From: a virus
Lineage: Duplodnaviria; Caudoviricetes
Length of the DNA: 64,000 nucleotides
Virus record (IMG/VR): IMGVR_UViG_3300021399_000102
Coordinates: 128,001 to 192,000 of that record
Reading direction: 5' to 3' (one strand)
Shown: piece by piece, positions 9,817-19,611 of the stretch
How positions within the stretch are numbered: position 1 is the first letter of the stretch
Layout: each line of letters begins with the position of its first letter
Made by a program: the position numbers and the translations under genes
The notes under the pieces: model-generated
Databases searched by the model: none
What the model was told of the DNA's origin: nothing
Seen by the model: only the letters and a program-made list of their open reading frames with translations

Positions 9817-10212
9817 TTAAATTGTGTTTCTTGTCTTCGTTGCGACTATTGCTTCCATCACTTCGGCGTCGATGTTGCTTGTATGGTCTTCTGATTCAAC
9901 AAGTGCGACTTCAACTCCCATTCCCGGTATGTTGATTCCCACTATGGTATGCGTCAAGGACAACTCCGAAAGGTCAGAAACAATCCTGTCCATCTTGTTG
10001 GGCATGATATACAACTGTTCTTGGCAGAACCAATCAATGCCATTCTGAAACAAGTAGAATACCTTCACTACGCTACTGCACCTTTGCTTCTTGGCATTCA
10101 ACTTCTTGAGCAATTCATCCCTCTTCATGGGCAAATGCGCACTTCCAATCCAACGCCACATTGGATTGTCACGTTCAACCAAATAATATAGTTCATTGTC
10201 CATGAAGACCAT
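9817..10212 (-). CDS. paralog family member
   Basis: LSELSLTHTIVG...VESEDHTSNIDAEV. Confidence 0.85.
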   Translation of the reverse strand: MVFMDNELYYLVERDNPMWRWIGSAHLPMKRDELLKKLNAKKQRCSSVVKVFYLFQNGIDWFCQEQLYIMPNKMDRIVSDLSELSLTHTIVGINIPGMGVEVALVESEDHTSNIDAEVMEAIVATKTRNTI

Positions 10213-10213
10213 T

Positions 10214-10720
10214 TTACTTGTTCCACTCCTCCCAAGCGATATAGTCGTCCTCGGACTTGGCGTTGTCCTCGAACGTTCCCCACTTCAAGACGCAACCGGC
10301 GAGACCAGAGGCAATCCAAATGGGATAGCACCAATACTGATATGCGTCCCTAATGGACTCTGCGGAGAAATCAATGCCCATTCTCTTATCTTCTGGCTTG
10401 ATGTCTTTGTTGTTGTCAAGTTCCACGATATGACGGGCGTTGAAGATTGCCACTTCCCTGGGAGTAGGGGGTCGGATTTGATGCTCAGAGAACTGCTCAT
10501 CCCAAATGTTGAGAAGGTAGTTAAGATAGTTGTTGTCGTCAATGAAATGCCCGTTGAGCCAACGAAGATACTGATAGGCGTCCGGATTGTTTAGCGGAAG
10601 GCGAAGATTGTGCAAGTCCTTGTCCTTCATATAGTGCAGAAACTCCATGTAGTCAACGCTCTTGATGGCGTTGAACTCCTTGTCATCCTTCGGACGCCAT
10701 TTGATTTCAGGTAATTCCAT
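10214..10720 (-). CDS. hypothetical protein (not a paralog family member)
   Basis: 168 aa. First gene after the promoter at ~10754-10790. Confidence 0.75.
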   Translation of the reverse strand: MELPEIKWRPKDDKEFNAIKSVDYMEFLHYMKDKDLHNLRLPLNNPDAYQYLRWLNGHFIDDNNYLNYLLNIWDEQFSEHQIRPPTPREVAIFNARHIVELDNNKDIKPEDKRMGIDFSAESIRDAYQYWCYPIWIASGLAGCVLKWGTFEDNAKSEDDYIAWEEWNK

Positions 10721-10753
10721 ATCAACCTCGCTTTCCTTGGCTTCAACACATAT

Positions 10754-10790
10754 ATTATCTCATATTCCGAACAGAATGTCAATAGACCTT
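10754..10790 (-). promoter_or_regulatory. sigma70-type early promoter
   Basis: AAGGTCTA-TTGACA-N-TGAGATAAT on the minus strand. Confidence 0.6.
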
Positions 10791-10859
10791 TGGTCTATTC
10801 CTGCTATTCTTCAATACCCCCTTGGCATTCAATCAAACTTGTTTGATTTCAATATCTCC

Positions 10860-11285
10860 TTATGCGGATAGTTCAAGCCCACACGCTTCCCAATGCGCCA
10901 ATGTTTGGTACTTTCTCTTGTCCTTCAACTCCATCAACCGATTGTAGGTGGAATCGAGGATGTCAAAGGTTATGTTGGTCTGCCCATCATTTGAGGGAAC
11001 CAGATGCCATTCAAGGAAGAAGTTCCCGTTGATTTTGGCTATTGAGTGTGTAAGAGACCACTTCATCATTTCTGCATAGAACAAGTCCTTGTCTTCATTT
11101 TTGCGAAGGTCAAGCTTTATTTCCTGCCGTTTGCATCCATTGTCGCAAATGTTTATTACTATGTAGCAATTCTCAACCTTGAGTTTCTGTATTTCTGAGG
11201 ACAACTGCCCCTCAGATGGAATCTCTGATGGAAGGTCTACCTTGAGGTAACTTCCCTTGTATTTGTTGTAGAATGGCTTTCTCAT
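10860..11285 (-). CDS. paralog family member
   Basis: MMKWSLTHSI...VPSNDGQTNITFDI. Confidence 0.85.
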   Translation of the reverse strand: MRKPFYNKYKGSYLKVDLPSEIPSEGQLSSEIQKLKVENCYIVINICDNGCKRQEIKLDLRKNEDKDLFYAEMMKWSLTHSIAKINGNFFLEWHLVPSNDGQTNITFDILDSTYNRLMELKDKRKYQTLAHWEACGLELSA

Positions 11286-11665
11286 ATCCTAACATTGAAC
11301 TTCTTGAGAATTGATTCAATGAGCTTTCCATCCACGTTCGTGTTTCCGATGGATTCCCGTATGACTATAAGGAGATTTCTCTTTCCACATGGGTCGTTGT
11401 CCTTGGTTATTCCAATGATTTCGTGGGTCAAGGAAAGGTCGAACATGAACTTGACGAACGATTCAACCTCCTCCGGTATTCCAAAGAATTTACGATAGCA
11501 GGTTTCCTTATCAACCGGATTGAAGATGTGTATGAACAAAGATTCCAATTTTATTGCATCCAGAAGCGGAAATAAGGCGTCAGTGGTCAATGATGGCTTG
11601 TTCAACCACGTTTCGCGCTCTTTCAATGTTATTGGATTGAAATACATTTCTCGATCTATGATCAT
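11282..11665 (-). CDS. paralog family member
   Basis: MFDLSLTHEIIG...IRESIGNTNVDGKL. Confidence 0.85.
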   Translation of the reverse strand: MIIDREMYFNPITLKERETWLNKPSLTTDALFPLLDAIKLESLFIHIFNPVDKETCYRKFFGIPEEVESFVKFMFDLSLTHEIIGITKDNDPCGKRNLLIVIRESIGNTNVDGKLIESILKKFNVRI

Positions 11666-12054
11666 TTTTCATACCTTTGCGACAGTGCATCAATCAAAGT
11701 CGGCGTTATGTTGGTGCATCCATTCTTGGATTCAACCAAGGTGATTACGTCAGCATAGATGTTCTCCCCCAAGTTGTCTGAGTAGATGTTCCTTCCTATG
11801 CAGTAGTCTATGATGGTGTTGTTCAAGGACATGTCGAACAAATGTCCTATAAGCTGTTCTGCTCCACTTGGAACAGTGAACGTCCATGCAGTTCCCCATC
11901 CATCGTTGGTCAATCTCCTGACGATTACGGTCTTGATGAACTGTTTGGTGTTGTGCTTGATGTAGTTCACCACCCAAGTTGAATCATAGGGTTGCCAAGT
12001 TCTGACCATCTTGTTCTGATAGAATTGTTGTCTGAATCTCTTTCCCTCAATCAC
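11662..12054 (-). CDS. paralog family member
   Basis: LFDMSLNNTII...VESKNGCTNITPTL. Confidence 0.85.
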   Translation of the reverse strand: MIEGKRFRQQFYQNKMVRTWQPYDSTWVVNYIKHNTKQFIKTVIVRRLTNDGWGTAWTFTVPSGAEQLIGHLFDMSLNNTIIDYCIGRNIYSDNLGENIYADVITLVESKNGCTNITPTLIDALSQRYEK

Positions 12055-12530
12055 CCTTCCACCACCATTCCATTCAATTCCTCGTTCAATGTCTTGATTG
12101 GCCGCTTGACAACCTCAAAGATAAGCTCCACGATTTCGTCAGTGATGTTCGTTGTGCCATCCTCAGATTCCACCACATAGATGGTTGCTGATCTTGGATT
12201 CACCCCAAGAATCCTATGGTTCAAGGACAAGTCGAACATGTCAGAGACAATCCTGTTTATGTTCATCGGCAACTCGTATGCCCTGGTGTTGAACAGGTAT
12301 TTTGGGGGAACCCAGTTCATATGGGATGTTTCCGGATCCAGTTGCTTCACCTTCGACACGCAAACAACCCCACAGAACCACTCTTGGATTGGCTTGATGT
12401 CCAATATGTCATTCTTGAGTTGGGCTTCGTCATAATCCACGAAGAACTTTGCCACAGACGAGAATTCCCCGGAATCTCCTGGCTTCCAATAGCCCCGGGT
12501 ATCCATCATCATCTTTGTTGAACTTGACAT
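12051..12530 (-). CDS. paralog family member
   Basis: MFDLSLNHRILG...VESEDGTTNITDEI. Confidence 0.85.
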   Translation of the reverse strand: MSSSTKMMMDTRGYWKPGDSGEFSSVAKFFVDYDEAQLKNDILDIKPIQEWFCGVVCVSKVKQLDPETSHMNWVPPKYLFNTRAYELPMNINRIVSDMFDLSLNHRILGVNPRSATIYVVESEDGTTNITDEIVELIFEVVKRPIKTLNEELNGMVVEG

Positions 12531-12943
12531 CTTGGCTTCCTTTTGTTCAATTGCTTGGCAATCTTCTTATGAATGTCCATCATCGCCTCCATCACTTCAT
12601 TGTCTATGTTGGTGCTTCCATCCTTGGACTCCTCCACCACCATCTCCAGGTATTGGGCATCCACCGCAATCAACTTGTGGGTCAGGGAAAGCGAGAACAA
12701 GTCAGAGCAAAGCTCGTCCAATCCATGACCTGACGTCATGTCGTAGCTTCCCAACATGCGAACATTGAGATATTTTGATTGTCGAACCTCGTAGATGTTG
12801 ATGGAGAACATGAAGTCCTCAACCACTTTCCTTCTCTTCGTGTCGTTGTATGACTTCTTCCAAGTGAGTTTCCTTCCCTCCTTCACAAGGTCGCTCATTC
12901 CCTTGCTGGCGTCACTCCAATCGTTGTTGTCTTTGATTAGCAT
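12509..12943 (-). CDS. paralog family member
   Basis: LFSLSLTHKLIA...EESKDGSTNIDNEV. Confidence 0.85.
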   Translation of the reverse strand: MLIKDNNDWSDASKGMSDLVKEGRKLTWKKSYNDTKRRKVVEDFMFSINIYEVRQSKYLNVRMLGSYDMTSGHGLDELCSDLFSLSLTHKLIAVDAQYLEMVVEESKDGSTNIDNEVMEAMMDIHKKIAKQLNKRKPRCQVQQR

Positions 12944-12946
12944 TTC

Positions 12947-13939
12947 TCACAACCTCCAATCTGGGCTCAACTTCTCCAGCTCGTTCCAATCAAATGGAAG
13001 GTTGAAGAACTCAAGCAATTCTGTGTTCTCCTTCATTCCATTGAAGATTTTTGGTGCATGGATGTATATGTAGATGAACAAGTCCATGACATCGAATTGA
13101 GTCTCAATCATATTCATCTCAAACACAATTTCCTCGAAAGTCCGAAGATCCTTGAAGAGCCTTTCACCAAACACAGATGGAATGCGCTCGAACTGATCAG
13201 ACCACAGTTTCTCCAATGCTAGTGTGTTCGTGGAATTCAATTGAAGGACATTGACAACCCAATTGAATGTGTTAGTTTCACCAGAGACGAGAAGTTGCTT
13301 GAGCAATGTGTTCACGGCGTGGGCAAGGTAGGGAACCGAGCTTCTTGCTGACCATCCAGTTACGCCAAAGATGTCTCCAATGGATGACAATATGACATAT
13401 TGCGTCCTGGTGGAGAAGCCAAGGAAATTGCCAGCCATCAGCATTGACCTGGCGAGATAGGACTCCCGAAGGAACATCTTGACATCCCCCTTGTCTGCCG
13501 AGATTGCCTCCACGAGCTTGTTGAAGTCAACGTCTCCTGACGCTACTTTGTCGTCTTCAATGAACCGACCCTTGTACCCATCGCTTCTGAACCTGATGAG
13601 GTTGGCGTTTCCGCGAAAATTGTCCCTCAGTTCCTTCATGATCTCTGGATAGATGTCCTCTTCCACCAGGAAATGTGCGAGGGATTCTTCTGCGAAGCAC
13701 ATGTCCAATGGATGAAGAGATTCCACATGTCTTGCGAGAAAGTCATTGACCCTGTATGGATGGGCAGCAAGGTCATATAGGTCGTACACGAACGCACTGT
13801 GCTTGTAGATGTCCTCAATCTGACTTTCGTGGCTCTTAAGGAACGCCACAACCACCTTGAAGTCGGTTCCATCCATAAACATCTCGTCCAGAACCCTTGA
13901 CAAGGACACTTCTGTCGATATGGAATGATCGTAGTTCAT
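12947..13939 (-). CDS. hypothetical early protein (helical), first gene of the paralog operon
   Basis: 330-aa ORF with AAGGAG RBS, directly downstream of a consensus promoter. Confidence 0.8.
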   Translation of the reverse strand: MNYDHSISTEVSLSRVLDEMFMDGTDFKVVVAFLKSHESQIEDIYKHSAFVYDLYDLAAHPYRVNDFLARHVESLHPLDMCFAEESLAHFLVEEDIYPEIMKELRDNFRGNANLIRFRSDGYKGRFIEDDKVASGDVDFNKLVEAISADKGDVKMFLRESYLARSMLMAGNFLGFSTRTQYVILSSIGDIFGVTGWSARSSVPYLAHAVNTLLKQLLVSGETNTFNWVVNVLQLNSTNTLALEKLWSDQFERIPSVFGERLFKDLRTFEEIVFEMNMIETQFDVMDLFIYIYIHAPKIFNGMKENTELLEFFNLPFDWNELEKLSPDWRL

Positions 13940-13972
13940 GTGCCTATTTCTCCTTTGCTCAACAACACCAAT

Positions 13973-14010
13973 ATTATATCATAAACTGGCTTCTGATGTC
14001 AATACCCCTT
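13973..14010 (-). promoter_or_regulatory. strong sigma70-type early promoter
   Basis: AAGGGGTA-TTGACA-18 nt-TATAAT. Confidence 0.8.
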
Positions 14011-14058
14011 TGTAGGTATTCATGCCAACTTGCTTGGCAATCAATACCCCTTTGGAAC

Positions 14059-14087
14059 TTCACGAAATGGCTTGGAAGTGGTATAAT
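14059..14087 (+). promoter_or_regulatory. promoter for the clamp loader gene
   Basis: TTCACG-17 nt-TATAAT with extended -10 TG. Confidence 0.55.
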
Positions 14088-14108
14088 TGGGAATAAAGGA
14101 GAATAGGA

Positions 14109-15158
14109 ATGATTGACTTTGAGGAAGATATATTGGAGAACTCTGGAACTGGGGAATTCGCGCCAACAAGGGATGAGGGACTTTGGGTCACTAAATACCG
14201 ACCAAGGACATTGGAGCATTTTTGCCTTGACCCAAAGTTGAAGGCTCTATTTCAGAAGCAAATTGACGCAAATGACGTTCAGAACGTGTGTTTGGTTGGG
14301 GGTCCAGGAATTGGAAAGACAACTCTGGCCCTGATTCTGGCCAATTCAAGCAAGGATTCTGACATATTGTTCGTGAGTTGCGCATCTGGCGAGGGCAAGG
14401 TGGAGTCAATCCAGTCAAAGATTATCCCATTCTGCCAAAGCGCATCGAGTGGTCGCAAGTTCGTGATATTGGACGAATTGGATTCAGCGTCAGCAACGCA
14501 AGCCAACTCCTTCCAAAAGGCTTTGAGGAACGTAGTGGAGGCATTCCCAGATTGCAGGTTCATTGCCACTGCAAACTATCAAACCAACATCATCGGGCCA
14601 CTTTGCCCTTCAAGGCTTCCTCCCAAGATGTTGAGTTTCTCGGTGTCAGAGATGATTTCCAATCTTCTCTATATCCTTGGCGAAGAGAACATTGAGATTG
14701 TAAGCGAGGCGACAAAGACAAAGCAGTTCCTAGGTAGCCTCATCAAGTCCTACTACCCAGACATGCGTTCGGTTGTGGGTCAATTGCAAGCAGCTTGCGT
14801 TGGTGGGACATTGGATGTGGAGAACATCACCATCAACAACAAGGAGGCAATCAAGAACGCATTGGCTCAATTCCTCTCGCTCGTAAAAGGAGCGGGAACG
14901 CCACTTGAAATGCGCAAGGCGTACAACAACGAGATTCTGGCGTTTGGAAACAATGGCAATCTTTCCAAGCTTTACTCACCACTTGGTCTCGCCGAGGAAA
15001 TCTTGAACTACTTGATTGAAAATTACAACATAGATCCAGAGGACTTGATGGTACTCGTGGAGTACATCTACAAGATTGAGCATTCTGTGGATGGCGAGAC
15101 CCAGTTCTTTGGGTTCTTGCTCAAGGTAAAGACAATCGACTTCAACAAAGGAGCATGA
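14109..15158 (+). CDS. clamp loader AAA+ subunit (RFC / T4 gp44-like)
   Basis: LWVTKYRPRTL, GGPGIGKTT, VILDELD, YYPDMR. Confidence 0.92.
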   Translation: MIDFEEDILENSGTGEFAPTRDEGLWVTKYRPRTLEHFCLDPKLKALFQKQIDANDVQNVCLVGGPGIGKTTLALILANSSKDSDILFVSCASGEGKVESIQSKIIPFCQSASSGRKFVILDELDSASATQANSFQKALRNVVEAFPDCRFIATANYQTNIIGPLCPSRLPPKMLSFSVSEMISNLLYILGEENIEIVSEATKTKQFLGSLIKSYYPDMRSVVGQLQAACVGGTLDVENITINNKEAIKNALAQFLSLVKGAGTPLEMRKAYNNEILAFGNNGNLSKLYSPLGLAEEILNYLIENYNIDPEDLMVLVEYIYKIEHSVDGETQFFGFLLKVKTIDFNKGA

Positions 15159-15159
15159 G

Positions 15160-15372
15160 ATGACGTTCGAGGAATACTACAATTATTGCAGAAGCAACAA
15201 GATTGACATTACAAAGTGGAAACTAAACACTCTCCATCAGAAGTTGATGGACAACAACCAACCACTTACTGAATCTGAAGTATGCGCCAAGTTGTTTCTT
15301 GAAAAGGTTGGGTATGTCACTTGGCTATGGGACAATCCACCACAACCAATTGACGACAAGGCAAAGAAATGA
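15160..15372 (+). CDS. hypothetical protein
   Basis: 70 aa, coupled to the clamp loader gene. Confidence 0.65.
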   Translation: MTFEEYYNYCRSNKIDITKWKLNTLHQKLMDNNQPLTESEVCAKLFLEKVGYVTWLWDNPPQPIDDKAKK

Positions 15373-15509
15373 AGTTAGGTTTGGGGCTTTGCACAAGGCA
15401 GACAATTGGACATTCGTTGGCATGGCAGATGGAAGCACGAAGACGAAACTGTGTGAGGAATACACATCTTCTATGCTATGATGTGTAAATACATGCATTG
15501 AAAGCAACT

Positions 15510-15911
15510 ATGGAAAATAATTCACCAATAGATTCAGGACTTCCAAGAAACCCAACAGAGTTCAAGGGGGCAATAACAAGGTTGAGATATTTTGGGGATT
15601 GCAGGAACACAGTTGATGTAGATGGCATGTGGGATGCAACCCAAATGGCAGGTGTTGTTGGTCAGTCAAGCATAGTTCCATTCAAGTCAATAGTCTGTGA
15701 GTTCATGGATGGAGACAGAAAGGTTCCTGCGAAAGTCAGAAAATGGATGGCAAAGAACCAGAACTCCCTTGAAGATACCTCCAAGATAGTGTTTGGGCTT
15801 AACGAACATCAAGGTATATTCTTCGCGTACATAACTGACTTTGACATTCATTTCTTCTTTGACGCAAAGTTCGAGAACTGGAAGGAAATCCCAAAGCCGA
15901 AATCTGTATAA
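15510..15911 (+). CDS. hypothetical protein
   Basis: Preceded by the GTAAATA late-type motif at 15485. Confidence 0.65.
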   Translation: MENNSPIDSGLPRNPTEFKGAITRLRYFGDCRNTVDVDGMWDATQMAGVVGQSSIVPFKSIVCEFMDGDRKVPAKVRKWMAKNQNSLEDTSKIVFGLNEHQGIFFAYITDFDIHFFFDAKFENWKEIPKPKSV

Positions 15912-16016
15912 TTGAATGTGTGAATAGCACGATAATTGCCTAAAAGAGAAACATCAAAGAACCGTAGGTGCTGGGTGGCATCTACGGTTTCTTCATCTTG
16001 TCATGTGATGTGGATG

Positions 16017-16865
16017 TCAGGAATCCATCGTGCAGTATGTCTCGCCATCTGATATGTTTGCGGCGAATATCCACAATGCCTTTTCGGCCAATTCCCTTGC
16101 ATCCATCTCAGCAAGCTCCTCCTCGTCCCATGCTCCATATTCCCTCAACCACCTTCTGGCACGTTCCACTGGGAAGTTCTGGTCGAACTTAAGTTCATCC
16201 ACCCAAACAGACACATCGTCGTCAACCCGTCCTGGATGCGAACATGCCTTTACGCACTCGTCTGGAAGTGGTGACTTGTCTGGATCTATGCCAAACTCGT
16301 CTATTGCCCAATCAGGTGGAGTCAATTCCCCAATTTCGTTGAACCAACCGGATTCCCCATCTGAAAGGTAAGAAGAACCTTCATTCACGGCAGAGGAGTT
16401 CCTAATTTCATGATCAACTATGTCGATTGTGTCCAATGTGTCGCCGCGAAGAGACTCCACCCACGAGAACAAGTCACTGTCCTCCCCAAGTGCAGTCCTG
16501 ACGTCATCTGACACATCCTATAGTCTTTGACCAATCTCGTCTAGTCTTCTCCTTGTTCTCTGAAGCAGAAACCTCTTCGCGTTGCCATTTATGCTTGGTG
16601 TGCCGGCGTCCCTGGATTCAGAAATATACTCATCATCGGTATCATCCGACCTCTCAGCAAGAATGCCCTTGATGTCGTCAATGGTGTCGCCAAGATCCAT
16701 TGAATGTGAGTCGAGTCTTGCGAAAAGGAAGGTCTCGCCACGTGCATCACGTATTGTGTTCGCAGCATCGTCCAGCAGCTGCTTTGCCTTGATGGTCGCT
16801 TCCAACGCCTGCTTAATCAACATATCGTCATTGGAACTTCTTTCCTTGATTGTTCTTCTTTTCAT
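16017..16865 (-). CDS. acidic late protein with one in-frame TAG (Gln); possible head-internal protein
   Basis: Track ORFs 16518-16865 and 16017-16514 are in frame across a single TAG. GTAAATA at 16895-16901. Confidence 0.7.
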
Positions 16866-16901
16866 CTCGTATCTCCTATTCTAAACTATAGATATATTTA
16901 C

Positions 16902-17651
16902 TCAAATCTTCTACCCATATCTCCTCAGGAAGTCCTCCCTTGCAGCCTTTTGCATCTCCATCATCTTCTGCTGTTGCTCGTCTTGCGCCACCGGTGACTT
17001 CATTTGCGTTTCCATCCCGTTCTTGTCAAGCAACACGAAATGCGTATATGCGCAAGTGAAGGAATGTTGGATTTCATCTGCTTCAGAATAGGACAATTGA
17101 AGGTCAGAGAATGCCTTTATCCAACAGTTCTTGAACCTGAATCCAACTATGGGCTTCTTGTAGGGCGAGAGCAATGTAACATCTATGTCGCAGGCGTTTA
17201 TCAAACCATTTGCCTCTACGTTTCCAGTATCAAGTGCATTCACACCCTTGTTTACAGGAGCGTTGTTCATGCACCAATTGTAAAGCGCACGGTAGTCTGT
17301 CCAATCCGCACTCACGAAGTAGTTGAATGTGATTTCCTTGCTGCCAGGAGACATTGTATATGTCGGCCTTTCAATCTCAATGGAACGATACATAACCTTG
17401 TCAGTACCCATTTCAATTGAAGGAATCGTGAATGTTGATAGACGGAGATTGACATTTTGAAAATCTGGCCCGAGGCACAAATAAATCGGAATATCTGCCA
17501 CCCATTTGTTTTTGGCAGCAAAAGCATTTTGATTAGAAATCCCGTCATTTGCATTGACATTGATTCCAGGATACACCAACTACTATTTCCTGTTCAAGTT
17601 CCTAGTTTGGTTTGGATGTTGAAAGTGATTGACATTATTGGGTATAGACAT
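16902..17651 (-). CDS. tail tube family protein (T4 gp19/gp54-like) with 3 in-frame TAG
   Basis: FTIPSIEMG...ITFNYFVSADWTDYRALYNW...FRFKNCWIKAFSDLQLSY...FTCAYTHF. Tandem TAGTAG near the N-terminus and one TAG before the final TGA. Confidence 0.75.
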
Positions 17652-19077
17652 GCTTGAATACCTCCTTTAGGTTATTGATGTCTTTTCCACGAAGTATAGT
17701 GACATTGTTGGCAAGCATGCATTGATGCTTCGCTTCAAACTTTGCACATTCTCTGGCATATCGTTCATCGGACCATTTTTTGTTTCGATATGGATTGAAC
17801 ATGACTTCATGTCCCGATTCATCCACCTTGAAGAATTGATCTCCCTTGACTTCATATATCTTTCCATTTATAAGAAAGTCGGGTTGATATATCCATTTCC
17901 TTTCACAACATTCATATGTGAAAGATATATTTGGTTGATATTCACACGCTATATTGATGTTCTTGCAATAGTCATATACCTTAATTTCCCATTTGGAATC
18001 AAACCACATCCCATCATGCCAATATCTTTTCCTTCTTCGCACATGACAGACATGAGTTTGTTGGTATAATATGCCTCCGTGGTTTCGTCTATTAGTTTCT
18101 TGGCATTTATTCACCAATTCTTTCTTTTCTTGTTCGGACTTTTGCTCCCATTTCAATTTCCTGGCTTCAATGGCTTCTGGTCTGTTTCCTGGATCGGATG
18201 TTCCATATGTTTGCTGGAAAGCACATCGTATCTTTTCATTAGTCTCTTTTGATGCAAACCCTATTCCATTGTATCTGTCCATCTGCGTTTCCATTGCCCT
18301 GTTAAGTATATCTTTTGATTGCATTGGATTCTTGACACCAATCTTCTCCAAGCAAGTTCTTTCCCTGGATTCGACTGTTTGTCTAATCTCTTCCTCGGTT
18401 TTCTTGCTCCAAGTTTCATTTAACATGTCCTTGAATTCTGGTCGTTGAGTTGGATAATCCACATTCCATTTTCTTCTGCAGGTTGCTTTTCGCTTGGCCT
18501 TCCCTTCTTTTGTCTGGCATGCCAATTTTCCGCCATGATTCATCCTATCGTGCTTTTGTGTCAGTTCTATATTGTTGTAATTTTCGTTTCCATACTTCTC
18601 TTTCAAGGTAGCCTTGGACTTTCTTGTTCGTTCGTCAATTTCCTCTTTAGTCTTGTTCCTCCAAATCTGACGAAGATGTTCTTTAGCCTCTGGCAATTGA
18701 CCCCAACAATTCACGCCATGCGCTTTCTTGAAATTGTCTCGCATTGTCTTTTTTGTCTCTTCTGACTTCATTGCGCAAGAGTTGCAACAATAATCGCAAT
18801 AACCCCTCGGGACGGAATCTATGTTCTTCCATTCAAGCGGTTTATTGCATTCTGGATTCTTGCATCTTGGAAAGTCTGTCAAGTCGTGGACAATCCAATA
18901 CAGCTTTGTTCTGAAGGTATAGAATGGGTCAGAAAGATGTGTAGAGGTCTTCCACTCCACGAAGTCCTTGAGGTACGATTTCTTCTTGAAGATCATGCCA
19001 TAGGACTTATACTTGGAGCATATGTCCTTCACTTCTGTGGTATATTTCTCCACCTCTTCTGGCGTATATTCTTCCAT
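17635..19077 (-). CDS. free-standing homing-type endonuclease (Cys-rich N-terminus, KYG-like repeats, PD-(D/E)XK C-terminus)
   Basis: CKNPEC, YCCNSC, EKYGNENY-like repeats, YQPDFLINGKIYEVKG. Confidence 0.75.
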   Translation of the reverse strand: MEEYTPEEVEKYTTEVKDICSKYKSYGMIFKKKSYLKDFVEWKTSTHLSDPFYTFRTKLYWIVHDLTDFPRCKNPECNKPLEWKNIDSVPRGYCDYCCNSCAMKSEETKKTMRDNFKKAHGVNCWGQLPEAKEHLRQIWRNKTKEEIDERTRKSKATLKEKYGNENYNNIELTQKHDRMNHGGKLACQTKEGKAKRKATCRRKWNVDYPTQRPEFKDMLNETWSKKTEEEIRQTVESRERTCLEKIGVKNPMQSKDILNRAMETQMDRYNGIGFASKETNEKIRCAFQQTYGTSDPGNRPEAIEARKLKWEQKSEQEKKELVNKCQETNRRNHGGILYQQTHVCHVRRRKRYWHDGMWFDSKWEIKVYDYCKNINIACEYQPNISFTYECCERKWIYQPDFLINGKIYEVKGDQFFKVDESGHEVMFNPYRNKKWSDERYARECAKFEAKHQCMLANNVTILRGKDINNLKEVFKHVYTQ

Positions 19078-19085
19078 ATATTCAA

Positions 19086-19271
19086 TTATACCTTGTGTAT
19101 TTCACCTGTTGCCTTGGTATTTTTATCGTCCTCAACAAAGAACAAGCTCCCCTCAAACGCCTGGCGTCTTTCTTCAGCTTCCTCAGAACCATCTACGCCT
19201 TGTCCCATGGACTTGCGCAAACGGTCATATTCCTCTGGAGTTACTGAATAGAATCTAACTGGAATTGCCAT
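19086..19271 (-). CDS. small late protein
   Basis: 61 aa, downstream of GTAAATA at 19299-19305. Confidence 0.55.
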   Translation of the reverse strand: MAIPVRFYSVTPEEYDRLRKSMGQGVDGSEEAEERRQAFEGSLFFVEDDKNTKATGEIHKV

Positions 19272-19360
19272 TGTCTCTCATCTTCGTTTCGTTTATGGTA
19301 TTTACCATTCTCGCTATGCAAAGGTAAATATTATCCAACAACCAATACACAACACATAAC

Positions 19361-19531
19361 ATGAGCTACAACCCAAGGAAAGACGACGTATATCGTCGGC
19401 TTCAGAATCTTCTTCAGTCAATTAAAATGGACAGTTTCAGCTTGACCAGCGACGATTAGTATTTTCTGGAGATGAAACTTGACGAATTCAAGAAACTGCT
19501 TGACGAGAAATACGACAACAAATCAAATTGA
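19361..19531 (+). CDS. small late protein with one in-frame TAG
   Basis: MSYNPRKDDVYRRLQNLLQSIKMDSFSLTSDD(Q)YFLEMKLDEFKKLLDEKYDNKSN. GTAAATA at 19324. Confidence 0.6.
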
Positions 19532-19611
19532 TTTACTACTACAAGTGAAATCAAACGGACTACCTCACATAGAAGAGGTAGCCGTTGTTCCTTTGACACA
19601 TTAATAATGTA

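Noticed and set aside
15369-15481. Fragment GALHKADNWTFVGMADGS resembling Mom-like/DUF4338 motifs
   Set aside because: Too short, with no credible start. At most a gene remnant.
17635-19077. Intron-encoded endonuclease splitting the tail-tube gene
   Set aside because: No group I core elements are visible, and the downstream gene has its own ATG at 17651.
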